A DNA stretch of 64,000 nt from Paragordius varius (taxonomy: Eukaryota > Animalia > Nematomorpha), in the NCBI GenBank assembly GCA_964247055.1, contig OZ176054.1, positions 8,928,001-8,992,000 of the forward strand. The letters are read 5' to 3'. Below, piece by piece: positions 1 to 13,800 of this stretch. The stretch's first letter is position 1. Each line of letters starts with the position of its first letter. A model generated the notes under the pieces. It ran no database searches. It had not been told where the DNA came from and saw only the letters and a list, made by a program, of their open reading frames with translations. A program made the position numbers and the translations under genes.

Positions 1-836
1 CGTTTAACATTATCTTTCGGTTTTAACAACTGTCATTATTTTCAGGTTCATTCCTTTGACCAAATTTGGTAATACATTCAGATTTGCCTACATTTTATGG
101 TTAACATTCGGATACAACATATTTATTTCAATCATCCGATTCAAATTGTTTAAAATCAAATATTCCAAATAAATATGGAATAAATTGGAACCATGGCATA
201 AAACATTGATGCACAGAAAGATAATTGAACAATCATTTAAAAAACTTTATATTATTTATTTTATGGATAAACCTCTATGTAAAAATTTGGTCAATATGCA
301 ATGTGTACATTAGCTAAATATATAATGCAATATAAACCACAAACTTAAACGTGATTTAAATAAAAAATTAGCTTTAATATTAGCGTTAAAATCAAATAAA
401 CACGATATTTTGCAAAAATTATGCATAAAAATAGCGTCAAAGTAGTTAACATGGAACTGGGATGATAATAATATAATTTTAGCGTTAGAATCAATATACA
501 AGATATTTTATATAAATGATGTAAAATAAAAATGGCATTGAAGTAGTTTGATATGAGACATTTTTTAAAATAATTTATTAATATATTTTGGCTTATTTAT
601 ATAATTTAATTAGGATAGAAGCATAAGTATCAAAAACGGTTGTTTCAGTACTTTTAAAAATATTAACCTAAATATAATCTGAAGTCCCTAGACACCCAAA
701 TTTGAATCCAAGGGTGAAAGTAAATTATAATTATAATTGCAAGATAATTACTTTAAAATATTATCTATATTAGTTTTTTCAAATTTTTCGCAGGCCTTAA
801 AATTTTTTTAAACGGCCGCATGTTGTGCAACCCCTG
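1..836. mobile_element. hAT/Buster-type MITE, left end outside window, interrupted by a TTAA element; lies in UFD1 intron 5
   Basis: Right end ggccgcatgttgtgcaacccctg (to 836) matches the end of the MITE at 61401-62025; bases ~45-100 match that MITE's interior (caaatttgg...ttcagatt.gcctacatttt). Confidence 0.65.
105..714. mobile_element. piggyBac-like non-autonomous element (TTAA target)
   Basis: TTAA at 101-104 then cattcggatacaa; interior homologous to 18629-19170 (reverse) and 25918-26932; right end degenerate. Confidence 0.6.
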
Positions 837-1089
837 ATTTAATGGTTTTAAATGTTTGCAAAAATATATGGATGATCACACTTTATAACATATATAATTT
901 TTTATCTTTATTTATTTTAAAACTTACGGTCATAAATACATGGTAAAACCCAACCCTAGTGAAAATTGCCAAAACAGCTAATTTTATAATGGTAAAATAT
1001 GGTCAATATTGGATATTGCTTTAAAAGGTAAAAAGTTTGATTTTAACGTTATTCACTAAGTTTAAAATTAAGATAAACTAGAAACTTAC

Positions 1090-1730
1090 ATTCATGTCAC
1101 ACTCAATTATTGATACAGCCTTACCTGGCTTTGTTTCCAAAACCAGGAGTTCATATACTTCATCGTTATATTCGATTGCTAAAATATCACCAGTTGTTAG
1201 ACAAGCAAAATTTCTTAGGGCGTTTTCCAATCTTATATATAATAGGCAAAATATTACAATGCTTTGTGGTTAGATATATCTAAAAAATCTATAGATTGCG
1301 GTTGAAATTTTGAATAAACAGCTATAGGAAGAGTAACATATTCAACTGATAAAATATTCCCCTCTTCGAGTAATAAATTACGCATCATCTATAAATTAAT
1401 ATTGATCTACCCAATGAGGTAAATATATAGATCCTTCATCAGCTACAAATTCTAAAACTCCACAATGAGTAATTCTATTTGTTTTAGTATTTGTCAATTT
1501 AAATAACATTGGATATTCAACATTTAATCGTGTTAAATGGCTTAAAGCCGATGGTGGCATAATTACTAAAATATATATAATCAATACTTTTTCCACCGCG
1601 ATCAATATCTTGCCGTTCATTTCCGGGAAGCAAACTCACAGAATAGCATTTATATTGCACCTTAAATGGCCCACTTAAATAATCAGAGAAAATATTAAAA
1701 CTAAACTAAAATTTAAACGATTTTTACCAT
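1090..1730 (-). CDS. UFD1: Ubiquitin fusion degradation protein 1, 5' exons (3' exons not found, probably left of window)
   Basis: Exons 1730-1728 (ATG only), 1705-1588, 1565-1411, 1388-1258, 1231-1090 splice in frame to MFSFNIFSD...[10 protein letters not shown]...GGKIIMPPSAL...[13 protein letters not shown]...[15 protein letters not shown]...VSIIECDMN; introns 22, 22, 22, 26 nt, all GT-AG. Confidence 0.95.
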
Positions 1731-2429
1731 TTATCATGCGTAAAACTTGAATGCGTTAGGTTCAAGTCATCTCATTAGGATCTGTCATATTAAAATTTCG
1801 GAAAATTGATATCATTTAACACTTCATGACCTTTTAAGTCAGATTTGAATTTGAATATCTTAAAATGTTTTTAAGGTGGCCGAATTTAAAAATATGCTTT
1901 TTTATTAGGCGCATAATACAAAATCTTTTTTAAAAAAATTGCATTTTTTATCTCAAATTTTTTCGCCACCATTTTTTTTAAATTTTTAAATAGCTAATCC
2001 AATAGTCAAAGAAATGTGTATTGGGAAGATGTAAATGAAACTTTTACAATTTTCCGATTGCATTTTACCAGCAAAATCTTGATATATTTCTATAATTATA
2101 TCAGCTGTTTAAAATCGTATTTAGGAGCTGCCCCAATTTCAGATTCTGAAAGTCAAAAACCTGTAAATAAATATGTATTTTAATTAATGCAGAAGAACAA
2201 TGTTTAATTAGTTTATTTACAAGATTGACCTCTGAGATATAAAACTACTCTAATATGTCGCGGATAAAAAGAGTGTTATTTTATGATAGTTTTCTACCCC
2301 AAAACAGTTTTAAATAAATTTGACTATATTTATATTATATTTTTGCATCGCCAAAATATGGCAAACAAAATAAATCATTTAAATACAACAGTGCAAATAT
2401 TTGTAAACAATATTTAGTTCCGATGGATC

Positions 2430-2860
2430 TTTGACTGGTGATATAGGGTAAATTAAGAGCAGTGGGTTGAATTAAGGGTAAATTAAAAGGGTAATATGCG
2501 ATAAAATACCGTTATCGAAATAAAATGAAAAATGTACATTCAGTGGCGCAATACAATGATGTATAATGCAGAAACAAGGGGCGGCAAAATTCCAAATAAA
2601 GTCATTCCAAAAATGCTTAGAATAATTTGTGGGGTAACGATAATACATAGTTAAGAATAAATATTTTGTGGCACAGATGTTATAACCATAGCAGAAATAT
2701 GACAAAAATGAATCTACGTTGGGTGCTAATTCATATAAAAAAACGATGGACAGAGGATGTGGCCGCTATGAAACGAGAGGGATAGACAAAAAACATAGAT
2801 AGAGTTCTCTAGCACGGACTGTATCACATGACCGCCCTTACGATAAACCTGTAATTTAAT
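2430..2860 (+). mobile_element. Degenerate RTE-like non-LTR retrotransposon, ORF2 3' part
   Basis: Broken-frame motifs MMYNAET, KMLRIICGVT, DVITIAE, NLRW typical of RTE RT C-termini; boundaries approximate. Confidence 0.6.
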
Positions 2861-5120
2861 GGAACGGCAAAAAAATTATTTAAAGTCAATTGATGTTAGA
2901 CCCTTACGAAATAAAACTTTTTTGTCTGAAATAAATTTAGTCGAAATTTATAGTATTAATTTTTATTGAGCATCTGGACCAAAAAACGCCAATTAGCTTT
3001 CACAAAAATTATATTTGGCAAAATGTGCGCTAATTTGTATTTTTTTACATGTAAAAAATAATATATTATTAAAAATATCCATATCTTAACTGGCTCATAG
3101 GGCCTAAAATTGAAGGATTGAATAAATTTTCTCTTAAATGATTAAATTTTATTACCATTTTCTATCAAAAGAGAAAACAGTGGTATTAAATTATCGAGAA
3201 AAAGCGTTTTCATAATTTAGGGTTTTACCAATTTAACCATAAAATATCATAATAGCTTTAGCAAGGTTATAATTTAATTTAATATAATCTAGATTTTGAA
3301 AAATATAAAAATTATGGCATAATTTCGGCTTTTTGCGAAAAACTCATCCTAAAAAAATCCATTATTGAATTTAAGTGGTGCTACATTTTTTCTGAGTTTC
3401 AAAACTATTTATGTTCAAAGACCCATTTTCAGGGTTATGGGAATAAGGGCTAATTTTAAAAAATCTCTGTGTCAACCTTAGAAAATTTAAACGAATTAAT
3501 TTAAAATACGAATACCTACACATTTTCTGAAAAATTGTTTTCAAACCCCTTTTAAACCACATTTTGTGAGGGGTATATTGAGGGGCAATTATAAAATATT
3601 TTGCCCTAGCAGTAAGAAATCAATTATGAATTCAAACTGACTCACATGTTTTCAGAAAAATTGCTTCAATCTAATAATTATCATAATTCAAAAATGGTTG
3701 TGCCACCTTCGACACATTTTAAATGAATTCAACTATTGGATCACACGTTATATTTTTAAATTTGAACAAACCTACTTGTTTTACAGATATTTATTTATGG
3801 TAATGAACGAAGGGGAAATAAAATAATGGCTCTAACACTCTCGAAGAGTTTATAAATGAATAAAATTATCATTTTTGGATTGGTTCTAAACATTTCTTGC
3901 AAAATTGCTTCAAAACCAATTTCAAATCTGGGCTGAGGCTAAACTAAAAATACGGCTTATTCACATTAGGAACGTTCGTGTAAAAACAAAGAAAACTATT
4001 TCTGAAACAGAATTCCTACTTTTGGAAACTGCTTCAAACGCACAAATTTGGGAACGTTTATTTTTTCAAAAACCTATTTTTAATCGGAGTGGGGTAGCTA
4101 ATTCAAACCAAAAATACTTCAATCATCTCGAGCATTTATGAATGATTAATTTATCGCTTTTAAGTAATGGTCTCCCACATTTTTCCCAAAATTTTCCAGC
4201 ACCAAATATATTTTTTATAATATACATATCAATAAATTTGATGGCATACTAGTATTTTAACCGAAAATCTGAGCAGATGATTAGCATCATTGAATTATAA
4301 AGAAAAGTGTTTAAGTAATTTAATACTGTTCCCATCATGCACCAAAAAACACGCCTCAACAAAATTTTGCCAAATTTAAAATTTTAAAGTATATGCTTTT
4401 TTCAAAAATATTTTTTTATGTCATGCTCTAGCTAATGTAAAAAAACTTATAGCGTCATTTGGGCTTTTTTGCGTCAATTTCAATAATCTAGCCAACTTTA
4501 GCAGAGTCCAAAAACTTGAGACTTTCAGCGCTTACAAATCAAAATGAAAGTTTCTATGATTATTGTTAAGCATTTCATATATCGATAAAATTAAATAATT
4601 TTTTCGGAATTGAAAAGTTTTAGCTTAAATTTTTTTTAGCATAAAGTGCGGTTATTTTGCGATTTAAGGATATGGGCAATAAAATTGGATTTTTTTTATT
4701 TTTCGTGAAGCCAAAAAGCTTAATGAAAATCATTATGCATCTCTACCAGCTATATATTTTCAGGATATTTATTATACCCCCTGATATTGTGCAAAGTATA
4801 TGTTATAACTATATTGAAAAATTAAGACAATATAAAATAATAAATTGTGGTTTTCATATGAGCTACAAACTATTTTTGGACCCGATGTATTTTTGAAATA
4901 AACGCAAAATGGTCAAGATGGCACAATAAAAAAAATTAATTTATGCAAGTTATGAGAACAAAATAAACTGTTGTTGAAAATCATTTGTTTTAAAATTTTT
5001 ATTTGGAAAAATTATGTAACTTTTTTGGCATATTTAAAAGCATGATGGAAGCGCTACATAATATTAATATAAACTCTTTTACCACATAATATTATGTTAA
5101 ATTCGATTTACTTGAATTTA

Positions 5121-5547
5121 AGTATAAATATTTATAAAAATGGAAAATGCTGGCTTTGTGATCTGGTACAGGAAAACCGGTAGACCCAATCAAATCCAAA
5201 TATCGAAAAAATATAATCATTAATAAATGTCCCGACAATAGCTTCGCCCTTTTTTTGAAATAGGCCACCAGTTCGGGCCCACCCCGTATAAAAAACGGGT
5301 TTTTTTGAAAACAGAGGTCCACAAAAATCGTTGTTTTGAGACAATTTTCCGGAGAACGTGTTGGACCATTCAATTTCAAATATGATTTTTGTTTACTTAT
5401 TTTCGATTGCGCCGAACTTAGTCGTCTCGCTTTTTTAATTTAGTCCCACTTTTTACCCGCTCCCCCCGTAAAATGCCATTCCCCCCCCCCCCCCCAGAAG
5501 TCCGAAGGACTTCCTCGGGCTGCGTAGCAGCACGAGATTTACGCTAG
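5121..5547 (+). mobile_element. Non-autonomous Helitron (copy 1)
   Basis: 3' end gaagtcc-gaa-ggacttc hairpin, gctgc-gta-gcagc hairpin, then CTAG|T at 5544-5548; highly similar to 45735-46398; 5' end degenerate. Confidence 0.75.
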
Positions 5548-6116
5548 TTATCAAATAAAAATTTAACTTAAAATTGAAGGAGGACAAATTAGAATTCTGA
5601 TATGATCGAAATTTTTGCATCATATATTGTTTCATAATCCAGAAGTGTTTTATAACCTTTTAAATCTTTAAAACACCATAAAACACAATTCTTAAATTTT
5701 TAAGATAAGAAAACTATCCTATTTTTAAAAAGGATATATAATTTATATCTTGCAGCCTCGGCTTTTTCAATTTATTTGATGCCCATTTGCAGGGTTCTAA
5801 AAATTAATACACATCCCATGTCTAAATATAAAATTTAATATATATTGGTAGGCCTTTAAAGTATATTCTTTAAGATAATATATTGATATTTTGGATTGCC
5901 TTTAGGCTTTCTACAAACTAATATAATAAAATGTCAGCCAATTTTAGAATAGATATGGACCAATCGTCCCAAAATTAAAAATTACTTTACGTGACTCGTC
6001 AAAACTATAAGCGCTTTGAGATTTTTAATATTTTTAATGACTCACTATTTAATGGAATGTTATCCACATTTAATTTGCTAAAATTTGTAGACTAATTATA
6101 CATTTTAAGTTCAAGG

Positions 6117-6120
<4 letters not shown>

Positions 6121-6152
<32 letters not shown>
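6121..6152. repeat. (AT)n microsatellite
   Basis: Perfect AT dinucleotide run; shorter runs near 15000, 41830, 52790 and 62250. Confidence 0.95.
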
Positions 6153-6156
<4 letters not shown>

Positions 6157-6289
6157 TTTTTTCAATAGACACTTCGATGTAATTTTTTACTGTAATGATC
6201 AATTTTTGGAGCCAACATTTTGGTTTCACTGCAAAAGCTATTTTATAATGATGTATTATAGTCGACGTCAACATTAAGCGATTTTATAA

Positions 6290-6950
6290 AAATACTTCTT
6301 CCGTTCTTGGCCATTTTCTATCATTGTTCGTCTGTGCTAGGATGAGCATATGTCATCGGACAAGCGAGTGCGACAGTAGCTTTTTCTTCTGCATCAGGGT
6401 GCTCTACCGACCATCAATATTTTTCTAAGGGCTCTACCCAAATGACGTGGTTAAAGTACGATAGCTTTTGTTTAGTAATTTGGCCTATTGAAGAGAGCAA
6501 TGGTTTTATATTTAGAATATCTTTGTTGAATATTTATCTTTAGTTATGTTCAGAACTTTTCTCCAGCAAAATCAAACGCTCTTATTCAACTTTCCTGCTC
6601 TTTCATCCTTATATTTTCAGATCCATAAGTTAATTTGAATAATTAACGCATTAGTGTGAGAATTTCATGAGCTTTCTGGAATATGTGCACATGTGATATG
6701 GGTTTAGCTATTATTATCGTTGGGCTTTAGTGTGGGTTGTCTATTAGAAAACCCAATTGAATTTAATCATTTTATTCCATCCTCAGTTTATTATCAATGT
6801 GATTTGATAAAAGACACGAAAACAGCCTATCTGACCATGTTAGGTGGAGTGCAAGAGAGCATTCCAAGAAATTTTTTAAATTGTTTTATAGAGTATGCAG
6901 TATTTTGAAAAATTAAAATGGCAATCCGGCGTATGTATACCATAGTGTGC
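6290..6950 (-). mobile_element. Degenerate RTE-like LINE fragment
   Basis: Minus-strand remnant LTYGSEN plus degenerate GHV and GRP-like motifs; many stops; boundaries approximate. Confidence 0.5.
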
Positions 6951-7787
6951 CAAATTTAAGCTCAAAATTGTAATTTTTATATTTTTCGTACAGGTTAAAA
7001 CTCATCACATTCTAGAAGCTGTAAAAAATGCGAGGGTCACGTTGCATTTAAGAAAAATAATCTAATATTTAATCATTCAGTGTTTTTGATATTTTGTGAT
7101 AAAATTTTTTATAAGTAACGGCTAAGACTTTGCAAATCATTAGATAAATGTTTTATATCTACTACTGAGGTAACGAAGGATTAATTATGGCCAAAAAAAC
7201 TACTGTATTAAAATCAGTAATATAGAAAATTTCGTTTATTTTTCCGCATTTTAACAAATTATAACTTTTATTTACCATATATTATATTGCACAATTTTGC
7301 ATCCCTGCCTTAATTTTACAATTTGGTCACTTTACAAAGGACTAATTTAAGTTTCGGCATTTTTTTTTTATGATTATTTTGATATTTGTTGCTTCTAATA
7401 TAATTTATGATAAATATAAAAAATTTTAAAATAAGCATTTAGCTTTCGACCAAAAAAAATAAAAATATCAATTTTTCGATAAAAGCATCTCACAAAATTA
7501 TAACCTACCTTGAATCATTTGTAAGCTCAACCTTATCTACTATGAGAACCCTACACTATTATCCGAAAATATTTTTTTCCGTAAGACATTTTGTACATAT
7601 TGTAAACAAACTTAAATAAAATTGTGTGTGTCTTTATATGACATGATCCACAAAGTTAACAATACTAATTTTTATATGATTTTCTATATTTTATCAGGGT
7701 ATTTTTCGAAAAGCGTTTAGCCGATGTACAATGTTTAGTACTTTTAAAGATCATACTTATAAGTCAAACACGCATTTAATACACGTT

Positions 7788-10110
7788 ATGAAGCTACTAA
7801 AATTTTTCATATTTTTGTGTTTCACAGTTTTGCCTTTATATGCCGAGTTGAAGACAAAAAACATTTTAGTTTTGCTTGATAACCAAGTTAAAAGAAATGA
7901 ATATTCTATATTTTTTGAAATGCTGAATGGTATTAAATTAAATATATTGTAGAGCGTGGATATAAAATGAGTTTTTATTCGGCCGATTCTCCTGATTTGC
8001 TTATTCATAAATACAACAATTATATCTATGATCACATAATTATATTTGCCCCATCAATCGAAGGTAATGTATTTTTTGTCTTTATTTTTATAAGTAATTT
8101 TATATTTGTTGTTCATTTACAGAATTCGGTGGTCAAGTGAATGTTGAGGAATTGTTGAAATTTGTCGATAGTGGACGCAATATTTTCATTGCTGGAAACT
8201 CAAATATAGGTTTTTTTGTTAATATTAATGTTTTAAATGTAATATATTAAACTTTATTTTGATAAATCTTGTTAGGGGGATCTTTGCGGGAATTGGCTGT
8301 AAGATGCGGAATGGAGTTTGACGAAGCTGGCACCGCTGTTATTGATCACATGCATTTCATAAGGAGTAATAACGGAAAAGTATATTATTCTTTTGATAAT
8401 TGATTTTGAAATATATTGGATTATTTTTTTAATTAAACATCAATACAGTTTGATATAATTTTTTAATATAAGACATAAGTGTCTAAATATCAATTTTTAA
8501 TCAAAAAAGGAATACAGCATAAAAAAAAAATATATTGTGCATTTTATTTGTAATAAATCAGTTTTTTTGCCATATACTTTTATTTTATTTAACACTATGT
8601 AAAAAGCTTCACTTACTTTTGAAAAAGCTTCCAATTTATATGAAGTGTATTTCATTCATTGTATAAAATATTGGTGATTTTTTATTTTATTATACTATCT
8701 TAGCACACCAATATTTGGGTTGATACCTCATCAAATCTAATTAAGGCTCCAGTCATTGTTGGAAATGGAATTTTAAATGCTCACAAATACGTCAAATTTG
8801 ATGGAATAGGTATGGTAAATTTTTTGCCATTTTACATACACAAATATATCATATTATTTTGTTTTTTTTATCTATTTAGGAATTCTCCTGAATCCAGATA
8901 ATGAATTAGTTTTTCCGATTGTTAAAGGATGGTCGACCTCTTATTGTTATGATCCAACTGCTCCAAATATTAAAGCATACCCGCATGCCGTCGGCCATGA
9001 TTTAGCTTTGGTTGCGGGACTACAGGCCCGAAACAATGCTCGCTTAGTTTTTTCGGGTTCAGTTAACATGTTTAGCAATGAAGCTTTCACAGCCAAAAAT
9101 GTGAAAGGAATCAAAGGAAACCAGGAAATTGAGTATACACTAAATTTGAAAGTTTGGGGGGATAATAGATATATTAACATTAATTTGTTTGATAAACATT
9201 GTCACCGCTTAGTTTTACTTTTTAAACATAAAACAACGCAAAAATGTTTATTACAATTAAATTTTATTGCTCTATTTATTTGTATTTAGTATCGCCTCGT
9301 TTGCAAATAAAGAATTTGCCGAAGCTTTGACCAAATGGGTTTTCAAAGAAACGGGTGTTTTACGAGCAGGAAACGTTACTCACATCAAGAAAAATGATGT
9401 GACAGTTAATCCCTTATCCTACACAATAACGGATGATATCGTAATAACTTTTTCATTTCAACAATTATTTATTTATTTTACACAAAATAAAATTTTATTT
9501 TAGTCGTATTCAATTGATATTGAAACACTTGACAAAAACGGGAATTGGGTACCTTTCCAAGCAAAAGACATTCAATTAGAATTTGTTAGAATTGATCCAT
9601 TTATACGGACCTTCTTGAAATATTCAAGTATCTTCAATTAAATTATATTACCCTCGTACCTATAACACCCATTAAGATATAAGTTTTTGAATTTAAAAAA
9701 TATTAAATTTATTAATAAATGCATATTTATATTATTATAAATGTTGGATAGATGGAAAATATGTGGCCAATTTTAAATTACCCGATGTATATGGAGTATT
9801 TCAATTTAAAGTCGATTACCTACGCTTGGGATATACCCATTTAAAAGACTCTAAACAGGTTAGGGACAAATAATTCCATTTTATATCTAGATTTTTTGTT
9901 AAATTATTTTTTAATAATAATATTACTTAACGTACGATCATAAATGTTTAGGTTTCTGTAAGACCTTTCCAACACACTCAATATGAACGTTTTATATCAT
10001 CAGCTTACCCATACTATGCAAGCGCATTTTTGATGATAGCCATGACATATGCCTTAATTTTTATCGTTTTGTATGACAAAGAGTCCTACGGAAAGAATAA
10101 ATCAGATTGA
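7788..10110 (+). CDS. DDOST: Oligosaccharyltransferase 48 kDa subunit (OST48/WBP1), 447 aa
   Basis: Exons 7788-7929, 7953-8063, 8123-8209, 8276-8379, 8704-8809, 8880-9132, 9290-9440, 9504-9627, 9752-9858, 9952-10110 (1344 nt). Signal peptide, [64 protein letters not shown]-terminal TM and KNKSD tail. Confidence 0.97.
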
Positions 10111-10818
10111 TATTATTCAAGAGAATATATGTGATATGTGATTAATAAATAAAAATTTATGTAATTATGGTTAAATTTTTACAACATAAGCCAGTTGGTG
10201 GTTTTCAACGAACCTCATTTATTGTAAAATGTATTAGTAAGAATGAATTTGGGATTTTTCTTAAAATTTTTTATGAACCCAAACGATTGTCAGATTATTA
10301 ATCTATTGTGTGATTTTATAAATCTTATTATTAATAATTTAAATTCCCTTAGTTATTTAAAAATATTTCACCTTATATGATTCGATCAAACAGGGAAATG
10401 GCAAATTATTTCACTTTTATTTACATTAATGGCATTACATCATCAAAATTTCAAGGATAAATATAATTTTTGTCAAAATCCATAAGGTATCATAATTTCA
10501 TATTTAAATTTTATAAAGTTAGGACAAGATAAACTTTATTTTTCAATAGATTTATATTGCAACAATAGACGAAAAAAGTTAAAAAAAACAATATATTAAA
10601 TAGGATGTACAAGCGGTAAGAAAAATATTTTATGTAAAACGTAGGGGGACTTATTTTGCTAAAATTTCAGCTTAGCCGCATACTATTAATTAAAACCAAA
10701 CTAAGCCTGTCAAATTAAAATACGTGAATTAGACATAACATAATATATCAGATAAATTAATTTTTTACTTTAAGTTTTACTCTAACATCATGTGTATTTG
10801 TAAGCTCATAGAATCATA

Positions 10819-13800
10819 ATGTCCCAAATTACACTGGACGACTTGATTGCGGCAAATGCATATGCCCAAGATTTTTTAACTATTAGCGAAGCTTTGCCTG
10901 ATGAAGTTCAGAGACTACTTAGTGAGATGTTAGAATTGGATGTAATTTATCAAAGTAAGACTATATTTTATTTTAAGATCGGTTTTGTGATTTAATGAAA
11001 CACAAGGAAAAGGTTATTATTACAAACGCAGAACTTGAAGAATTCTATGTTGAATTTGATTATCTTTTAAATGAATTACAATACATATCCGATAAAAAAT
11101 TAGATTTGTCTAGCAAAATTGTGGAAGTAATTGAAACATCTTCTAAACAACTTGACAGCCACAAAAAATTTTTAGGTTTATATTTAGTCATTTATTTTCA
11201 GAAAAGAATGATATATTTCGCCTTTTATTTGGCTCACATGATACTGTAAAACCTACACCCGGCACAAAAACGAGTGCGTCTCCTTACCCACTTTCTCTAT
11301 CTAATACACCATGTTATACCAATTCATACAGCCCATATCCTGATGAAACCAACCCGATTTTACCACCTTGGAATGCTAGTGTTAGGAGTTGTTCTCCTTA
11401 TAATTCTCCATTTGCTGGTGTTCATATGTCTGGCGGTGTGCATAATAGCACTTTTCTCCTTGCAAATTCGGTAACTGCCAACCCTAATTTTTACAATGAT
11501 CCACAATACTTTTCCGCTAACATGTCAACAATGTCAGCGACCGCAGATGCCTCAAAAGATAAATTTAACCAAGGCGGTCGTAATAACGCTGGTCTCCTTC
11601 GATCTAAACGAACAAGGAAACCACGAGGCTTTTTTCAATCGCATGCTAAATCACCGTATGTTGGAAATAAATCGAATGTAGAATCGGTACTGTATACGCA
11701 ATTTATAAATTTGTCGCGTTTTTCAGCAATAGTAAAATATTGCGGACCGAATAAAATAATTTTTGTCAAGCTGAGCCGCTGCACCTATCTAGCTAACTAT
11801 AATTATATGTTTTAATATAATAAGTGGTTGTAAAAAAGCTTTATAGGGAACAAAAATATGTCAGATGTTTTGTTGATAATAATTATAAAAATTTATTCTG
11901 TTAACAATTCATTAATTCGATCTTGTGTAAATTCTGGAGGTTATCTAAATTTAATTTCATCTGAAACATCAAAATATTTACTAATAAAACTCCTTGCTCA
12001 TGGAATTTGCCGATATTTTAATTTAACTAGTTTTTTATTAAAAGTTTTAAAACCTTCCTACGAACTTACTATTTCGCGAGGATTCTGAATCTTTTATAAA
12101 GCGCCAAAAATAGTAATTCAATTATATTTTTAATTATTCGTAGAATTATATTTCACTAATAATTATTATTATTAAATTATAAACGAATATTAATTAATGA
12201 CACATCATATTTATTTTTTCTCAAAAAAGACTTATAATGCACATTCCCAATTAGAGTTATTATTGGGAGCGGGCTGGCTAGACTCCAGTTTTTATAGGTC
12301 TAGGATCAAGATTGTCTGAAACGTTTGGAAAACTAATTATCAAATTTAGATTTTAATTTTAAATAATGTAAATTAATAATTGAGAATCAATATATTTTTT
12401 TAAAATGTTTCTAGAACTATGAATATGACCTAAACACGACAAACATAACGAAAATGTCACCCCTTGCCTTACATGGTTTATCGCATGATTTAGAAGCCGC
12501 CACCGATTTCACTTCGAACCATGTGTTAAACCTAATCGTCGATCCTGATGACAATACTAATACTAATATTCGATCCAATAAAAGTGAAAAACACCAGCAT
12601 AATATAAGTAACGCTTCAGTCATGGCTATATCATCTACGCTAAAAAAACGTTACCTAAAAAATATGAAATTTAACAACATCAACAACAACAGCAATAATA
12701 ATAAATCAAAAAGCACCATGGATAGTAACGAAAAAATCGGTAGTATAACTGGAACTTTAACTTCCAATGCAAATACGAATAAATCTATTACAACACTTAG
12801 GGGTCGACGCCATAAACCTTCCCATAAATTTGGGGCCAATGATGAAAGTAAGTAATTGATGAGTAGTTAAAAGGATTAAAAATACACTTTTTTGCTACAA
12901 ATAGTCAATTTAGTTGATACTTTTAAATGCAATATTTTTGTTTGAAAAAAAAATTTTGTGATTGAATCTCTTTTCATTTTTATATGTTTAAATTTCGGTA
13001 ATTTAGCCAATGCCGATCCAATGCCAAAAACGGGTGATTCTTTGGACAATGATGCGAGCAGTTCACCACCAAAACAAATAACTTCGAATAAAAATTATTT
13101 TATTCGTGGAAACAGGCGCCGAAAATCATCCTTCAATACTGTGTCATCGAAAATGGTATTTTTCACACATTTTTTAAATTATTTGAGGATAGACTATTTA
13201 ATTTAGCGGATCTTACTTGACCCGTGGTTCCAAACTCTTTTTTTGTTCACACCCCAGCAATAAAAAAATTCTTGCGCTCTCCCTCCTCTCAACAGATCAA
13301 AATGCACAATTAATTAATTATAAAAATCATAATCATTAACATCCTTGAATCTGCGATTGCTGTATTTTTTCCATATCGGGGACAAATGCTGATAAATATC
13401 TAACCTGAGATCCTCATCAACCTTCAATGTGTTTCTAGTTTTATTTGATTCTCCAATTTTTTTCGACCCCAACCCAGGTTTTTCTACGTCTCCCTTCTTG
13501 GAACCACTGTAAAACTCTGGACATTAGAAATTTTATTGGGATCATATTATATTAAGCATGTATTGCCTTATACCTAACACCCCTCTCAACAAATTATGAA
13601 GAAAAACGGTTTTATATTTATTTATTGAATCGTTTGGAGAGGATTAATATATCATCAAAGCTGTTGATCTTCAAAGTTGAATGAATTCAGATAAGTTTTT
13701 ATTGTTGTTTTTCGTATCAATAAACAAGTTTTGAGTTATGATTTGAGTTTATTTATTTAAATTGGCTTATTAAATTGAAGTGGAATGGCTCAATAAGTTT

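Noticed and set aside
5092-5379. Paired minus-strand ORFs also present at 45692-45991
   Set aside because: Both lie in copies of the same GC-richer Helitron; shared openness reflects recent common ancestry, and no protein motif is recognisable.
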